Positions 36,193-49,500 of a DNA stretch of 64,000 nt are shown here, one piece after another. Each line of letters opens with the position of its first letter. The stretch's first letter is position 1. The DNA lies in NCBI GenBank assembly GCA_036172245.1, contig JAYWIR010000001.1, forward strand, positions 7,316,001 through 7,380,000. Direction: 5' to 3'. A program made the translations under genes and the position numbers. Under the pieces are notes generated by a model, which was not told the DNA's origin, did no database searches, and worked only from the letters and a program-made list of their open reading frames with translations. Source of the stretch: Raillietiella orientalis. Lineage: Eukaryota.

Positions 36193-36879
36193 CGCAGACA
36201 CGCATGCGATTCCGTGAAGATGAATCTCTCAGATCCGTAGCCTCGAGATAAGGAAGACAGTTTCATATTCGTCGTTTTCTTATACATTGTTTGGAGACAG
36301 GAAATGGAGGGGGCGTTGCGAAGGTTGGCATGCAAGAGGTTATTTGAGGATCTCCCGAGGAGCGCTGTTGGACTCCCTCTCCCCTGCAACTGCCAGGGGA
36401 AAGGAGGAGGAAGCGTGTGAGTCTGCAAGCCGCCGGATCCCTGTACCGCGGGGGAAAGAAGGGGGGAGGGAGTCCGTCGCCCTGCTCTCCTCTGAGCGTG
36501 GGCGGTTCGCCCCCCTTGCTGCCGTTCTTGAGGCATGAACCGTGCGGACGACGCGTAGGTCGGGATCATCAGGGAAGAACGCAGCTTCCCGCGAAGGGAC
36601 GGAGAGGCACCGGAAACGCCGCCGCGAGAGGGAAGGACGGGACTCTACGAGAAAGTTGGCCGGAAACGACGTCGGGTCTGCCGGCGACTTCGCCGTTGGG
36701 CACGGGCATGTGAAACGATGATCTTTTCTGATGATCCGCGCAGCAGCACGCGGATCTTTTCGTATACACTGCAGCAAGAGAGATCATGGTTTCATTTTTT
36801 TTTTTTTTTTTGAACCGCTCCCTCCCCCCCTCCCGCTCTTCCCACTTTTATTGCGGCTGCATTTCGTTCGTGCGCCGAG

Positions 36880-38157
36880 GAATCGCATTTCCTTGGCGAC
36901 CAGAGTGATATTGTTGGATGGAGACATTGTTACGGCACTGTTTGCCGCGTCTCCATGGAGATTCCGCCCCTTCCTGAGAGCTTCGGTGCGCTTACCTCAG
37001 AATCGCCATGTCCTCTGCGCCTGCTCAGCCTGAGGCTGGTAGCGGAGGGCGCTACGAGCCCCAGCGCCATCCCCTAGCCCCCTACGCCTGGGGAATTTTC
37101 TGTGGGGGACCGGGAAACGGGTCCGCATGTGTGCCACACTTCTGGACGCTGTGACCTCGCACCTCCCTGCATAGGGAAAATCTGGCCCGCCAGCCGCTCA
37201 ATTGCGGTCTTCGTTCTTCAGGGTCTCTGCTCTCTCGCAGCCTTTGTGGACGAAGAACGCAGCAGTCTCGCAGTCTTCCCGCCGTAGTCCTCCAACGGCC
37301 CGAGACCGCTCCTCCTCCTCGTTCCCTCGCAGATGTGCTGGTTGGTAGTGCACACCAATGGGTTCTGCGTCACCTTCCTTCTCGGGTGGTCGCTGGCGGT
37401 GCCGTCGCCCGGTCCCGCGCGCCACTCGCATGCACATCGCGAGCTCCTCGTCCCCCGCGGGGACGTACGTTCTTACCGAAGGAGATGCTGCGCAGATACT
37501 GTGTCCAGAAGCCGTCATTGGGGACACGTTCCATGGACTAGCCATCGGCGGCTGCCTGCATGGAACAGCAAGAAGAGCTCTAAAAGGCTCTCTGGCGTCT
37601 TCTCGGGGAGGGGCTTGCCCTAGAGGTCTTCTCGCTCGGTTCTGACGATGCCGGAGACCCCTACGACCTGGCCGCTCACTGACTCACCGACCCAGCTCTC
37701 AAAGAGAGGGGAATCCCACGTTACGCTGAGAAATACGACCTTCCTCCTGCCATGGCGACTGCAACGCTGTGCTTCATCCGTTGTGTACTGGTCCTTGGAC
37801 TATGACGCCGCAGGCGAGAAGCCATCAGACTGATACTCCCTCTAGTCGCCAGAAGCCGTACGACGGCTCCTGGCCTGGATCCGCAAGCTCTGAAGGACTT
37901 TGCCCAGGTCACCCATGCTATCAGGGAACCGTGCCGGACGAAAGTGGACCCCCTTTTCCCTTCACCAGTTCATCGTTAATTCTCCCACATTGTTGTTATT
38001 TATCGTTTCGCTTTTTGCCTCCTCCCAGCCGAGCCCTGCCCTGGGGTACATAATAGGAGACCCTGTTCGTCCCCCACCCTCCCCGTTTCTTCTCCTTTCC
38101 ACCTCTTTGTACCTTTATCGTAGTACAATAAATGCTCTGGCACAACCAGGTGACGAA
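36880..38157 (+). mobile_element. 5'-truncated L1/Tx1-like LINE 3' portion
   Basis: NFLWGTGKR (~37095), CLHG..., ACPRG, ETP..LAAH* zinc-finger remnant, a pyrimidine-rich UTR, and AATAAA at 38127-38132 followed by a terminus homologous to 35094-35127. Confidence 0.62.
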
Positions 38158-38809
38158 CGCCGCTCTCTCGAGACGGAACCTCGTCCCTCTCATCCAGAGG
38201 ATCATCCTCGATTCTGGCCTCCTCAGCCACTGTCGCCAACCACGCTCCAGGGATCAAAAGTCGGCTCCTTGGTGAGGCTGGAGGGTGAGAATGCACAGCC
38301 ATGCAGCGGAGGTGGTGGAGTCAAGAAGGAAGACGTTTGCTCACGTCCGCACCGCATGGAGCGCAGGAGGCTCAAACGGTCACGGGACCGTGGTCAGGTA
38401 CGATGCAGTTCCTCCCAATCGAGGTCACCCACGGAGCCACAGACTATTCCGGAACTCCCGGGTTATCCCAGCAACTGCCGAAGCGAATGACGAAGGAGTT
38501 GCCGTCCCTGCGGTCGATCACCGAACCTGTTGCTGCTCCCGGGAATCGTTCAAGAGTTTGGTAGGGGAAAGGGATGCACTCCAAGCTGACGATCTTCAAG
38601 GTCGCGTGATCCCCTCTAAGGTATCGAGGGTCTCTCATGGGATGCTCGAACAAGGCGAATCGACCTTCGGGTTTGACGGCGACGGGAACGGGACGCCGAT
38701 GCAGCAGCAGAGCGACACCGCCCTCCGTCCCCTCCTCACTCGCGGCGCACTAAGAGACTGGAGTCTCCGGAAGATGCAGGACCAGCTCCTGGCTAGGGAA
38801 CGTTCTTGC

Positions 38810-38842
38810 GATCCAGATCCGATCCAGATCCGATCCAGATCC
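38810..38842. repeat. (GATCCAGATCC)x3 tandem repeat
   Basis: Three exact 11-bp units. Confidence 0.9.
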
Positions 38843-38951
38843 CAGAACGATGACCTCCTGACCGTCTACTCCTCGCCTCTCTCCCACTCCCCAGACTCAC
38901 CAGTCCCTCCTCCCTCCAGGTGACGAGGGTCGACAAGGAGGGACTGTCCAC

Positions 38952-39655
38952 TAGTGGAGGCTGCTTTTAGATCAGACTCTCTGGAAGGCTTCTGGAACTT
39001 CTCTGGAAAAGACACCCGATGTTCCCGATGGCTGCTCCACTCTTTGGGGGTATTCGTCTACTCCGCCGGCCGAATGCAGGCTGGTCAGCACGGCAGCGGT
39101 CATCTGGCGGAGGTCATCTGGCGGAGGGCGTGGAGCATCTCCGGTTCCCTCTGGCGTTAAGCCACACGCGGTTCTCCCCGCGCCCGCCTCCCGTCTCCCG
39201 GGAGAGACGTGCCGTTCGCTTCATCCAAAGGGGCGCCTAGCGTCTCCTGGAGGCCGCATCTCATCCAGCATGTCCGTTTCTGCTCCTTGCGCCCCCTCCC
39301 ACACGGCCCAGGAACGTCGCGACCGGGTCCGAAGGTGGTTTGGCGACGCGCGCGCGTCCTCGTGATTGAGGGTTGCCAAGGCAATTCCTCCACCTCCATG
39401 CGCACCTCCATGCGGCTCTCATTTCTGGTTCCATAGACTTCCTTCCCATGGGAGATGGGATCGGGTGATTGGAGATTCTGTACTATCCCCCGGATCCCCA
39501 AGCTCCTGGTCCTGGGACGCTGCCGCTTCCATGGGAACCGGGAAGCTTCCCCTTGGCAATGCCCTTACTGCGGATCTCCAGCAACCCTCTAGCTGAGCCT
39601 CTAGTGGCAGCCCACGCCGCCGCAGGACAACTGATCTAAAAGCAGCCTCATACTG
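38952..39655. mobile_element. Non-autonomous TIR element (MITE-like), ~700 bp
   Basis: Perfect 19-bp inverted repeat GAGGCTGCTTTTAGATCAG (38957-38975) / CTGATCTAAAAGCAGCCTC (39631-39649), extendable with mismatches to (T/C)AGT ends. No ORF and no clear TSD. Confidence 0.55.
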
Positions 39656-42211
39656 AGGGCGAGGCGGGCTCGCGCAAGAGCATCCTCACGCCGTTGTGGT
39701 GTTTGCGGGACGGAGAGGGGGAAGAGGGGGGGGGGGACTTGAGGACACTACGGAGATGACGCCGCGCATGCTTCCTGCCTCCCTGCTCCCGGTCCAGAAG
39801 GGAGGAGGTCGGATTGGCTCCCGTCCTTCAGACAAGAGGAGGAGGAGAAGAAAAGGATAAACTTCAGTCAGAAACCCGTAGGCCCTCACTTCTTTTTCCC
39901 GTGCCCCGGGGGGCTGTCTTGCTCGGGAGGTGACAAGGAGAAAGGGAGAAAACCGGCACCCCTGGAGCACCAGGGCAACACCTGCGGCCGACAGTGAGAC
40001 GGTGGCGGCTCAGAACAGGAGATCTGAGCCCCCTTCGGAAGGCCGACGAGAAATTCCAGTGTCCAGGCGGGGCATTCTTCAAGGAATCGCTTCCTTTCTC
40101 CTTTCCAAGAGCGGATTTTCCAAATCCCTTTCCTGCATCCTGGTTCTTCCTTCCTCATCGGAACGGGCGATCAAACGGAAATTCATCAGAGACGGCGACG
40201 ACGGGAACTGGCTCGGGAGGGAGCAAGGCATACCGGCTAAATGAAACGGGAACGGAAGGAGAAGGCGGGATCGAATTTCATGCCGGACAGGAAGGCACGC
40301 AGGAATTTCCGTCTCGCGAGCGCGAACCAGGAGAGAAACGGACACGCTCGGTCCGATTCCTTTTTTCTTCCCTACCTCCCCTCACCTCCTGTTTCTCCCT
40401 TTTTTTCCTTTCCCCTTTCCCCCCTCGATGCTCCCGCATCTTGGTTGCTGGAGAATCCAGCTGGGCAATCGCGCTCGGTGACTTCCGCCAGCGTCCCTCC
40501 GACGCGCTGGACTGCGGGCAGCATTCCTCCTCCCCGACGAGTCTGGAATTTCCCGGGACGGGAGCCTTTCATCAGTACGGTGTCATCGGCGGATGGGCAT
40601 CGCTGCCACCGTTCCCAAGGAAACCCGAAATTAATCCAGAGCTATCCCGGATCATCTCGAGCTTCTCTCCAAAAGTCCTCCGCCGCATGCCGGAGCTCTG
40701 GAACGTGGACGGGACGAGGGGAGGGAATTTCAGTTGAAGTTCCCTGTGGATGTTCCTGTAGGAAATTCCGACGAGCTATCTCAGGGAAAACCCTCCAGGA
40801 GACAAGGAGTGGGAGGGGGAAGCCAGAAAAAATAAAATAAAAACAAAATAAAAACAAAACAGGATGGGGAGAAACATTACTCGTTCAGACGTGTACCCCA
40901 TCTCCCGCCTTCCTTCCCTTTTCCTTTCCCAAACGGAGAGCTTCTCGGGAGGGAAGGAAAAGAGCGGAGCTGGGAACGTCGATCTCCCAGGATTCGGGAG
41001 GCGTGTGGAAGGGAGAGGTGGTTCTGTGGAAGCGCCGGTCCTAGGCCTCGTCTGGGCGACCTGCGAATCCTGGTGGGCCACTCCGTGGGATGGTCCGTCC
41101 CCGCCCTCTTGCCTTCCCCATCTCTTCCCTGCTCTCTTCGAAAAATCCCCTGAACCGAGGTCACTTCGTGCGGGACGACGGGAGGGGCTGCTGCCGAAGT
41201 GCCAGGATGGCGGAGCCGCTGTAAACGGCAGGGAGTGTTAGGGTGGAGGTGGAGCCCGTCAAGGAGTGCGCTCCTCCCTCCCTTTCAGCTACTTCAGCAT
41301 AGTTTCCGAGGAGGATCTCGCATCCGAAGCCACCTCCTATCCCTCTTCCCTTCCCCCCTCCCCTTCTTTCCCCCTTTCCTCTCGGGTGTATCGCCGCTCG
41401 TTGCAGGAGACTCCACACTGGGAGACTACGGGTTCGTTCCCGATGTTTTGTCCTTAGCATGCTGGAGGAAGGGGAGGGGAGGGCGAAGAGAGGGGTGTCC
41501 CATAAGAACCCGGACCTGTCACTGGGAACCATGGAATCCGGAAGAGGTGAGCATTGTCTGCCTTCGGACCAGAGAGGGGCCGGGGCCAAGGGAAGGTGTT
41601 TCTTCTCGCACCACCCTCCCCGTTTTTGCACCACCGCCTTGGAATCCTCCGCACAGAGAGGCAGGAGCGAGCCATGGATCCCACCATTTGGCTCAGGGGT
41701 TGGCTCAGGAAGAGGCAGCAGCCGAGTCCCTCGACTGCCTGAGGATTGCATGAGAAAGCGGCGAAGTCGCATCCATCATCCAACGCTCCCGCGCTCCTCC
41801 ACCCGGGAGGAGTTTCGGAAGCTGCGACACCCACGCAGGACGAACAGAGAGAACCGGAGGAACGCTCTATCCGGAAGCAGAAAAGAGAGTGGGAGAAAGG
41901 GAAGGGAGCTCTTCCTTCCTCTCCAACTTCCCATGCATTGCCACCCCCACATTACAAAAGGCGCAGGGAGCTCTGGACTTGGGAACAAGGGATGGGCGAT
42001 AGAAACCTGGCGTGCTGCGCACGCTGCGTGCACCTGATGCCCGTGCTCGTCCTGCGCGCATCTGCACCTCGTTTGACTCTCCTTGTCAATGCAAGCATCT
42101 GCATTGCTATCTAGTTGCCCGCAGCCGCAATGCGAAACCAAAGCTAAGGAGGATAAGGATGAGGAGGACATGGGAAGGGAGAGGAGGAAAGGAGAAGGAG
42201 AAAGAAAGGAA

Positions 42212-42495
42212 GAGGGAAGAAGAAAGAGGAAGAAAACAGGAGAAAAAAAGGAGGAAGAAAAGAGTAAGAGGAAGGGAGGTGTAGAAAATAGGAGGAAGAG
42301 AAAAAGAGGAAAGGAGGTGTAGGAGGAAGGAAAGAGGAGGAAAAAAAGAGAAGGAGGAAGAAGGGAAGAGGAGATAAGTTACGAGCAGCCTCAGGTGGTG
42401 CAGCATAGCGTTGCGAGTCCTATGTGGAACCATTGTCAAGCCTCTCCGGTGTCCCTTTCGGAGTGCTTATCGAACCAAAAAGAGAAGGAAACCGA
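42212..42495 (+). repeat. Copy 1 of a ~283-bp near-identical direct repeat (purine tract plus unique segment)
   Basis: Matches 47401-47683 with about 4 differences by eye. Confidence 0.95.
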
Positions 42496-45049
42496 AGAAA
42501 GCAAAAGCTGGAAGAAAGGAGGAAGAAGAGGTTGGCGTGGGTTGGCGTGTGCGCGGGGGAGGTGTAAGACCGTAGAATCCAACCTAATCTCGTGAGATGG
42601 TAAGCCTTTTCGTCACCGGAGGAGACGCAAGAGGGACGTGAACATGTGGCCCTTTGACTCGAAAAAACCGTCTCCCGATGGACCGTGACAGCGCACGTCT
42701 CGCGAGCTGTCACGGTCCATCGGTCATGGGGCGGATCCCGGCCGTACAGAATTCGGAACGCGCAACAGTAGCGGCAGGTTTTGGATGCCCAGGGCGCGCG
42801 CGACTAGTGGAATGCTCACCCCTTTCATGGGGGACACCGCTCCATGCTGCTGCCGTTGAAGATGGTCCCCGCGCTTTCCTGGCAGCTGCTCCACGAATGC
42901 GGTGCGGCTGCTAGAGGGAGCGCTGGTATCGAGTCGCAAGCATCTCCGCCGTCACGGGGCGGCTCTGAGCAACCCATCTTGACCCGACACAGGAGGCGAG
43001 ACTCAGTGGCAGAGAGAGAAGCAGAGCAGGGCTCTCTCTCTCTCAGACCACTGCTTTCTCCTCGGAAGGACCCCAGTTCCCCAGTGCTCTTCGGGGGAAA
43101 GGGGAGCACAGCGCCTCCTATCGGTTTTTCTCCCTGATTCCGTTTCGCGCCAGCAGATGGACCAATCTGTCCTTTCCCACTGGTTATCCTCCATCCGATG
43201 CAAACGAGATGACGGAACTGCTGCGTGCCAGGAAAAGAGGCTGTCCTTCCGAAGCCGGCCTGGCTGGAACGCATCTCCGTCTCTGGGAGACCACGAAGGA
43301 ACCTCCGCGCCACGCAGCCACCACCGCCGCAGCAGCATAGAGGCCCTACCGGAGTGCTCGGCCCTACCCCCACGCGCGATGACGTGTTCTTTTCCTTTGC
43401 TCCACCTCTACAAGGCTGCTCGGGCAAATCGGCACGCTGCCCGCGGGAGGCGTAATGGAGCCATTGATCCGGGACGGCACCGTGTTCCACGCAGTGGGTC
43501 ACAACGGCGTGTCCCTAATCAAACAGAATGGTGCGTGCGCCGGCAAGTCTGTGATGCAAGGGAGGGGGGGAGGAGGAGAGAGGGAGGGAACCCTGACTTA
43601 TTCAGCAACATCAGTGAATAACAGCGTTAATTCCCAGGGATAAACTCCTAATCCCGGTAGGGAAGTCCTCCCAAATTCATTATTGATATTCTTGTTCTCG
43701 CCCCTTCGATCGCACAAACGCAGAGTGATTAAGCATCGATTGCTAGGAAACGCTTCTCAAGGAATGGTCCAGGGGGCGAAGCTCTCGCAGATCGACCCGG
43801 GCGCGCGTCTCGAAGGCTCGTGGACGGGGCGATGGTTTACTGCTCGCAGCTGCTATTTTTACAGCGTTCGGGTCGAGTTGGTGACTTGCCACGCCCCGGA
43901 AAACGAAGGATGGGGGTGGAGGGAGGAAAGAGCGCGCGCGCGCGCGTTTTCCCTTCGGGAAAGGAGGCGGCGGCGGCGGAGCACGCGCTCCCGGAAGGAT
44001 TTATTCGCGCCCGCGCTGGGGGTTGCGCGTCTCGATACCATCCGAAGTGCTGCTGTTGCCGTCTCGCGCGGCACGAGCGAATACGCCATCCGTTCAATTA
44101 GGCGCGGATGTCTGCCATGCTGGGGGGCTTCCGAGGGTCAAAGAACGAGAGCCGTGCCGGAAGGATAACTCGACCCGAGATTGCGCTCGCTGCCTGTCCT
44201 CACCCCAGTGAGGACAGGAAGCGAGGAAAAATAGTGGGGACGCGCGCACGCATACACTGCAACCTCGTAGGGTTCCAAGGGAAGGAAAGGGGCATCGTTT
44301 TCCGGCCACCGCGCGCCGGAGAGGGAAGGAAGCACGGACCGGGCGGCTTACTTTCGCCCCGCATCGAGACCGGCAAGAGGTCCAGCATCAGGCAAGTGGT
44401 AGCGTCCGTGGAGCGGTCTGGCGTGAAGGCCACGCCCTTGGCAAGCGACGCACAGTCGAGAAGAGAACTGGCGAAGAACCGGCGGTCTCTCTACCTGTTG
44501 CTTCCGACTCCTCGAGGACTCGAGAGACCGACAGCAGCCTATTCCTTCAGGACGATCGGATCCTTCGTTCCGAGCAGTCCCGATTTTTTTTCCGCTTCCT
44601 TGTCTTCCTCCTTTGCTGCTTCTCTTCTTCTACCCCTTCTCTCGAGCTCGAAGTGTGTCACAAAGAAGAATGCCATGCTCCCATTTCCAAGCCTCTTATC
44701 CTGCGGATGGTGGTGGTGCGCGCGTGCTGGCGCCGGCGCCACGGCAAAGGGTTGAGCGGTCCCGAGTTCGAAGGCTGTCGGCTTCGCGGGCGAATCGTCG
44801 ACCCTTGCAGTCTGCAAAGGTTGTGCGCTTGGATTCGCCTCGCGACCCCAGCAGTTCTGCCATGGTCCAGCTCTGGATTACCTTCTGAGATAACGTCGCT
44901 TTTTCGAAGGAGAGAGTCTGGGAGGAGAAGAGGGGACGGAAGGGCAAAGCCTTCGGCCCCGCCCTCGAATTCGCAAGGTCTGTCAGTGGGAGCCAACCCT
45001 GGATGGATTCCAGGAGCCCCAGACGGAGGGTTGCCTGAGGATGACGCAA

Positions 45050-45430
45050 TGGGCTGTTTTGATGGTCGTCACTGGGGTTCCCGTTTGCAGGGGAATGGGA
45101 CGACAGCCTAAGGAGAAAAGGAAAATCCTCCCGAAGAGTGGCACACTTTCCTCTGTCTGCCCCCGTTGAGGTGTGGACAGAGCCTGACCCAGGCGGATAC
45201 CGGTCTGGAGGTGGGAGACCTCCAGACGCCCACGAAAGTTGCGGCCCAGAAGATTTTCGGGACGGGAGTGGGGGAGGGCGGTGATGGTGGACGGCAGTTT
45301 GGTGCCACTTCGCGACCAGGAAATTCCTCATCGCTGTGGTCTGTGGGTGTCTCTCTCCCCGAGGCGTGGGAGGACGTCGGGAAGATGACCTGGTGCGCAT
45401 GTGAGCGGTGGCAGGTCTCATGAGCTCCCC
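45050..45430 (+). mobile_element. Decayed LINE zf-RVT/C-terminal fragment
   Basis: VCPR*G and EAW remnants. Bases ~45133-45420 are homologous to ~53750-54013 on the opposite strand (both translate CGQS..DTGL.VGD.Q.PTK.AAQKI). Confidence 0.55.
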
Positions 45431-45999
45431 CGGTAGCTTCGGGCGACCCGGCCCCCGGAAGCATGCTTCCTCGTAGACCATCCTTGTGCCCTCTTCCCTC
45501 AAAAGAGAGAGGAGAGCAACGTCCACCCCCCCCCCTTCCTTCCCCGAGGGGTGACCGCGCCGTACGTTCCGACAGTCATCCCTCCCTCCAGTCTCCCCTT
45601 CCTTGACCTCCTTCGCACCACATCGGCAGCATTACGCTCAGCAGCTGGGGCTCCAGGGAACCACATCGCCCATGGGAACGACAGGCCGCCGTTCTTTTTA
45701 GACCACCCCTTGAACGTCAGGAGTACCGCTCTGCGACCTTCCCGCCCGGGGAGGAAAGAAGGGTCTCTGGAGTTTGAATTCCTGGGCCCAGGTTTGGACG
45801 GAGCGGGAACGGGCATCCCGTGGAAAGGAGGAAGCCACCCCACCCCGCCCCCACGCAGCTCGGGGTGGTCGGGACTTCCTTTCCCTCTGCGGGAAGCAAC
45901 GAAAACGGCGGAAACGCGCCGACTACGGCTGCTTCTCGAGGCTTAGCCCCTGGTGAGAGTGGGGATGGGAGGAGGCCTGTTTTGTGATCCGGGAGAAGC

Positions 46000-48900
46000 G
46001 GATTTTCCCGGGAGGTGCTGGGGTTCCTAGGAGGCTTCCCAGCCCCGCACCATCCCCAGCTCTCTTCTGCGAGAGAGCTTCCTGGAGGAGGGCGGCACGC
46101 GGCGAGCATTCCCTCGACACTCCCCTTTCCCCGCTCCAGCTATCGGCTCGGAGCCCTTGCAGCCAGCGTTCCAGCTTCCCGTTTCCCGAGGGAGCGAAGG
46201 CGCGATGCTGACTCCTTCCTCTCCGACCCCCCTTTCCTGGACAGGGGAGGACGCCGCCGCCGCCGCCGCCCTGCATCCTGGTAGAGGGGATCCCACGGGA
46301 GCAGGGACTGCGAGGCGCGTCCGGGTCGCTGGAAAAGGGCGGGAAGCCCTGGAAAGAGGGTCTGAGAAACTCGCAAGTCTGGACTCGCTCCTCCCCTCTC
46401 CTCCTCCTTTCTCCGCAGGGGCTCTCGAGTACTTCCAGGAGAGTTCGGCCTGCCCCGTCTCCACAGAGACTGTGGGCACGTTCTCCTCCTCCTCGAGCTT
46501 GGACATGCTTCGGGAGACGCTCCTGTGAGAGGTACTGGACAAGCGTCGGGATATTCCGTTGACCTGGAGGGGAACGCAGGGAGCTCGGAGGGGGACGTTG
46601 TCGACTCGGAGACGGATGGGCGCGGTCCCCCCACCCCTGATCGAGGAGTCGACGGCGCGGAGGGGGAAGAAGGGTTGATGCAGGAGAGAGCCTTCTCCCA
46701 CTGTCGCTCCGGGTCCGGCCGGGTCCCCCGGGGAAGAAGAGGGGTCGACGCTCCCGAGGGACGCGCACGTGCCAGGCGGGCGGAGAGGTTGCGTCCTTCC
46801 CGAGGGAGGAAACGAGGGTGACGGGCCTCCCGGGACGCCGGGAGGAGAGAAGGGAACGCGTGTCCGGCGCGCGGAGGGAAGGAGGGAGAGTCCTCCTGGT
46901 CGGCGGCGTTGCCCTCGGGACGTCCTCGGTCTCTCTCGACGGGCTCTTCCCAGAACTATCTGCCCCACCGGCGGCTCCACTGTCTGCCGCGACTCCAGGA
47001 AAGCCCCGGCATCCAGAAAGACGGTCATCATTCCTTTCGCGGCCGAAGGGTCCTTCCGGGAATGGAGGTTTCCAATCCACGGAAGGGGGCTGGGGTGATG
47101 AAGGGCGCACCTTCTACCCGGGTGTCTCACCGCCTCGACGGAAAACCATCCCTTCCCTGCTTTCCCTTTGCTTCAGTCGCCACTGCCTGCTCCTCTCAGG
47201 AAGAACGACGCGGGTCACAGGGAAGAAAGGGGAGAGTGATTCCTCTTCCCCTTCCCCATGGCTCTGCGGCGGGGGAGGCAGCTGAGAGCATCACACGGCA
47301 CGCAGGCTGCAAAGGTGGGTGGGTGGGGAGCGTGGCTCCTCCCTCAGCCGAGTAGGGAAAGGGAGGAGAGAGCCTGGCGAACCGGGAACCAGGGGTATGG
47401 GAGGGAGAAGAAAGAGGAAGAAAACAGGAGGAAAAAAGGAGGAAGAAAAGAGTAAGAGGAAGGGAGGTGTAGAAAATAGGAGGAAGAGAAAAAGAGGAAA
47501 GGAGGTGGAGGAGGAAGGAAAGAGGAGGAAAAAAAGAGAAGGAGGAAGAAGGGAAGAGGAGATAAGTTACGAGCAGCCTCAGGTGGCGCAGCATAGCGTT
47601 GCGAGTCCTATGTGGAACCATTGTCAAGCCTCTCCGGTGTCCCTTTCGGAGTGCTTATCGAACCAAAAAGAGAAGGAAACCGAGAGAGGCCGCCCAGGGT
47701 CTCGGAGCGGGGCAGGAGGGACGAGAACAGTTGCTCCCCCGCACATCTGGTCTAGGGTTACCTGCCTGCGCCTTCACGCGCCACGCCTCCTCCTCCTCTC
47801 GGAGTGCATCTTCGGCCCATCCTCCCCTTCCTGGGTGCTCCTGCCGCTTCCGGTCAAGCTCATCTCCCTCCTTCCCGTTTTCTACGCCTCGCGCTCGCGC
47901 TTTGCGCCTCGTAGGACTCCACTTCTCTCTCATCCACGGGTCTTTTCCTCCTTCCCTTGAGCGGCCTGGAGGAAATGGGGGCGAGGGGTAGAGGAGCGCC
48001 GTCATGAGGAGGTGCGCGTTTCCTTGATGTGGCTCCTCCTGGAGGAAAGGAGGGGTTCGTTCCTCCTGTAATGGACGGATGGGGTGACCATTGACGACGA
48101 CTTGAGGAGCCGGTGGACCGGGATGCGAGGCAGTGGCTCTGAATCTTCCTGAGGGCAGGACGACAAAAGAAAAAAAAAGGGAAGGGGGGTAAGCTGCAGG
48201 ATCAGGAGGAGGCAGGGTTTGGATCTTTGCGCATGGGGAGGGAGAAGGTCCAGTGGGGCGTGGGGGACGCGTCCTCGAGGGATGGGGGAGCCACCTGTGC
48301 AAATAGCCGAGGGGATGCGGAGGCAGGCAGAGAAAGAGGGGGTGGGCGTGGAGGATGTTGTGGAGGAGGCTCCCGCGTCCATGGCCACTCCCGGAAGGCT
48401 TGGGCGGACCACTCGCCACCGTCCGTTTGCCCCTGGACGGCAGGACGGCATCTACCCTGGACCACCAACTGCTCGAAGCGTGAGGCGCTCGACGGACAAT
48501 GCGGCGCCTCTGGCGGCACGGGAAGATGTGGATTTCCTCTCCCTCCCTCCCGTTCAGTGAGGACGATTCCGGGGTCGCATTAGCTGAACGCGCTGGCCCC
48601 CTTCCCCTCCCCTATCCCCATTCCATCACGAATGCAGGACGCAGCAGCAGCTGGTGATGGGCAACCGCAGGCGTCTCGGGGTCCAGAACGAGCGGGAAGG
48701 CGGATCCAAGGGTCTGTAGGGAAGGTCCGGGGGGGTGACGGCGTTTCTCTCCGCATCATTGTCAGACTGGTACGCTCCCTTCCCTCTCCTCCCCCTCCGC
48801 ACATTCAGGAGCTCTTCGGGAGCGCCACATGGAGGCGGTGGCACCACAAAGCCCTCATGGAGCCTCAGATCGCGGATGAAACGGAAAAGAGCCACCTCCG

Positions 48901-49500
48901 GGTTTACGGTGGGTCCCCTGGAAGCATCGCTCGTGTCCAGATTCAGGCACCAGCAGCCATTAAGGGAACACAGAGAGAGCACGGGCCGACCCTGGTCCAG
49001 GAGCAGCGGGCCGCAGGGGACCGGATCGTCTACCGGATGCGGGGCTCCGCCGTCCTCGCCTCCGAAGACAGAGTCCCTCGATCCTGCTTCCCGCCTCACG
49101 AAGCGACCGGTTGCGGGACGACTTGCTCCTTGCAGCCAAGCGGCAGGGCGAGGGACTCGAGCCGCTGCTCCTTCCCAGCACTCCCGGGGGCAGCTGGCCC
49201 TTCAAGATGCGGGTGGTTCCGAGTCTCCTGGAGGGCATGGAGCCACAGGAGAGAAGTTCAGGGAGTGACGGTGGTGGCAGGGCCGGATAGAAGTCTTCCG
49301 CCTCTGGAAGGGAGCCAAAGAGCTGCTCAGGCCATGTGCGACCCGGCACCTGCCCTGCCCCTTTCCGGGGTCAACCCCCTGCTGGATCCAGCCTTGCGGG
49401 AGCCGCCGCCCGAAACGTGAGCGAGCTGAGCGCCGCTCCGCGCAGTTCCCTCGAAACATGTCGGGAGTCTCACGCGCCCAGCCGCGCGTGCGCGAAGGAG
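46000..49500 (-). mobile_element. Decayed L1/Tx1-like ORF2 (APE to RT), split by repeat copy 2
   Basis: APE-like GRPVL...FIRDLRLHEGF (~48900), GRWRVVRPSL, TPGS (~47390, cf. KTPGSDG), KGMMTVFL, GVPG in the expected order. Confidence 0.45.
47401..47683 (+). repeat. Copy 2 of the ~283-bp direct repeat
   Basis: Matches 42212-42495 and interrupts a minus-strand LINE fossil. Confidence 0.95.

Noticed and set aside
36728-36760. Hammerhead ribozyme (CTGATGA followed by a hairpin)
   Set aside because: Stem II is followed by TCTTTTC rather than GAAA, and stems I and III are absent.
43616-43655. Mitochondrial 16S / I-SceI-like words (ATAACAGCG, AGGGATAA)
   Set aside because: The words are in the wrong order and the match does not extend.
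42212-47683. LTR retrotransposon bounded by the 283-bp direct repeats
   Set aside because: No TG..CA termini, PBS, TSD or gag/pol; the interior holds unrelated LINE fossils on both strands.
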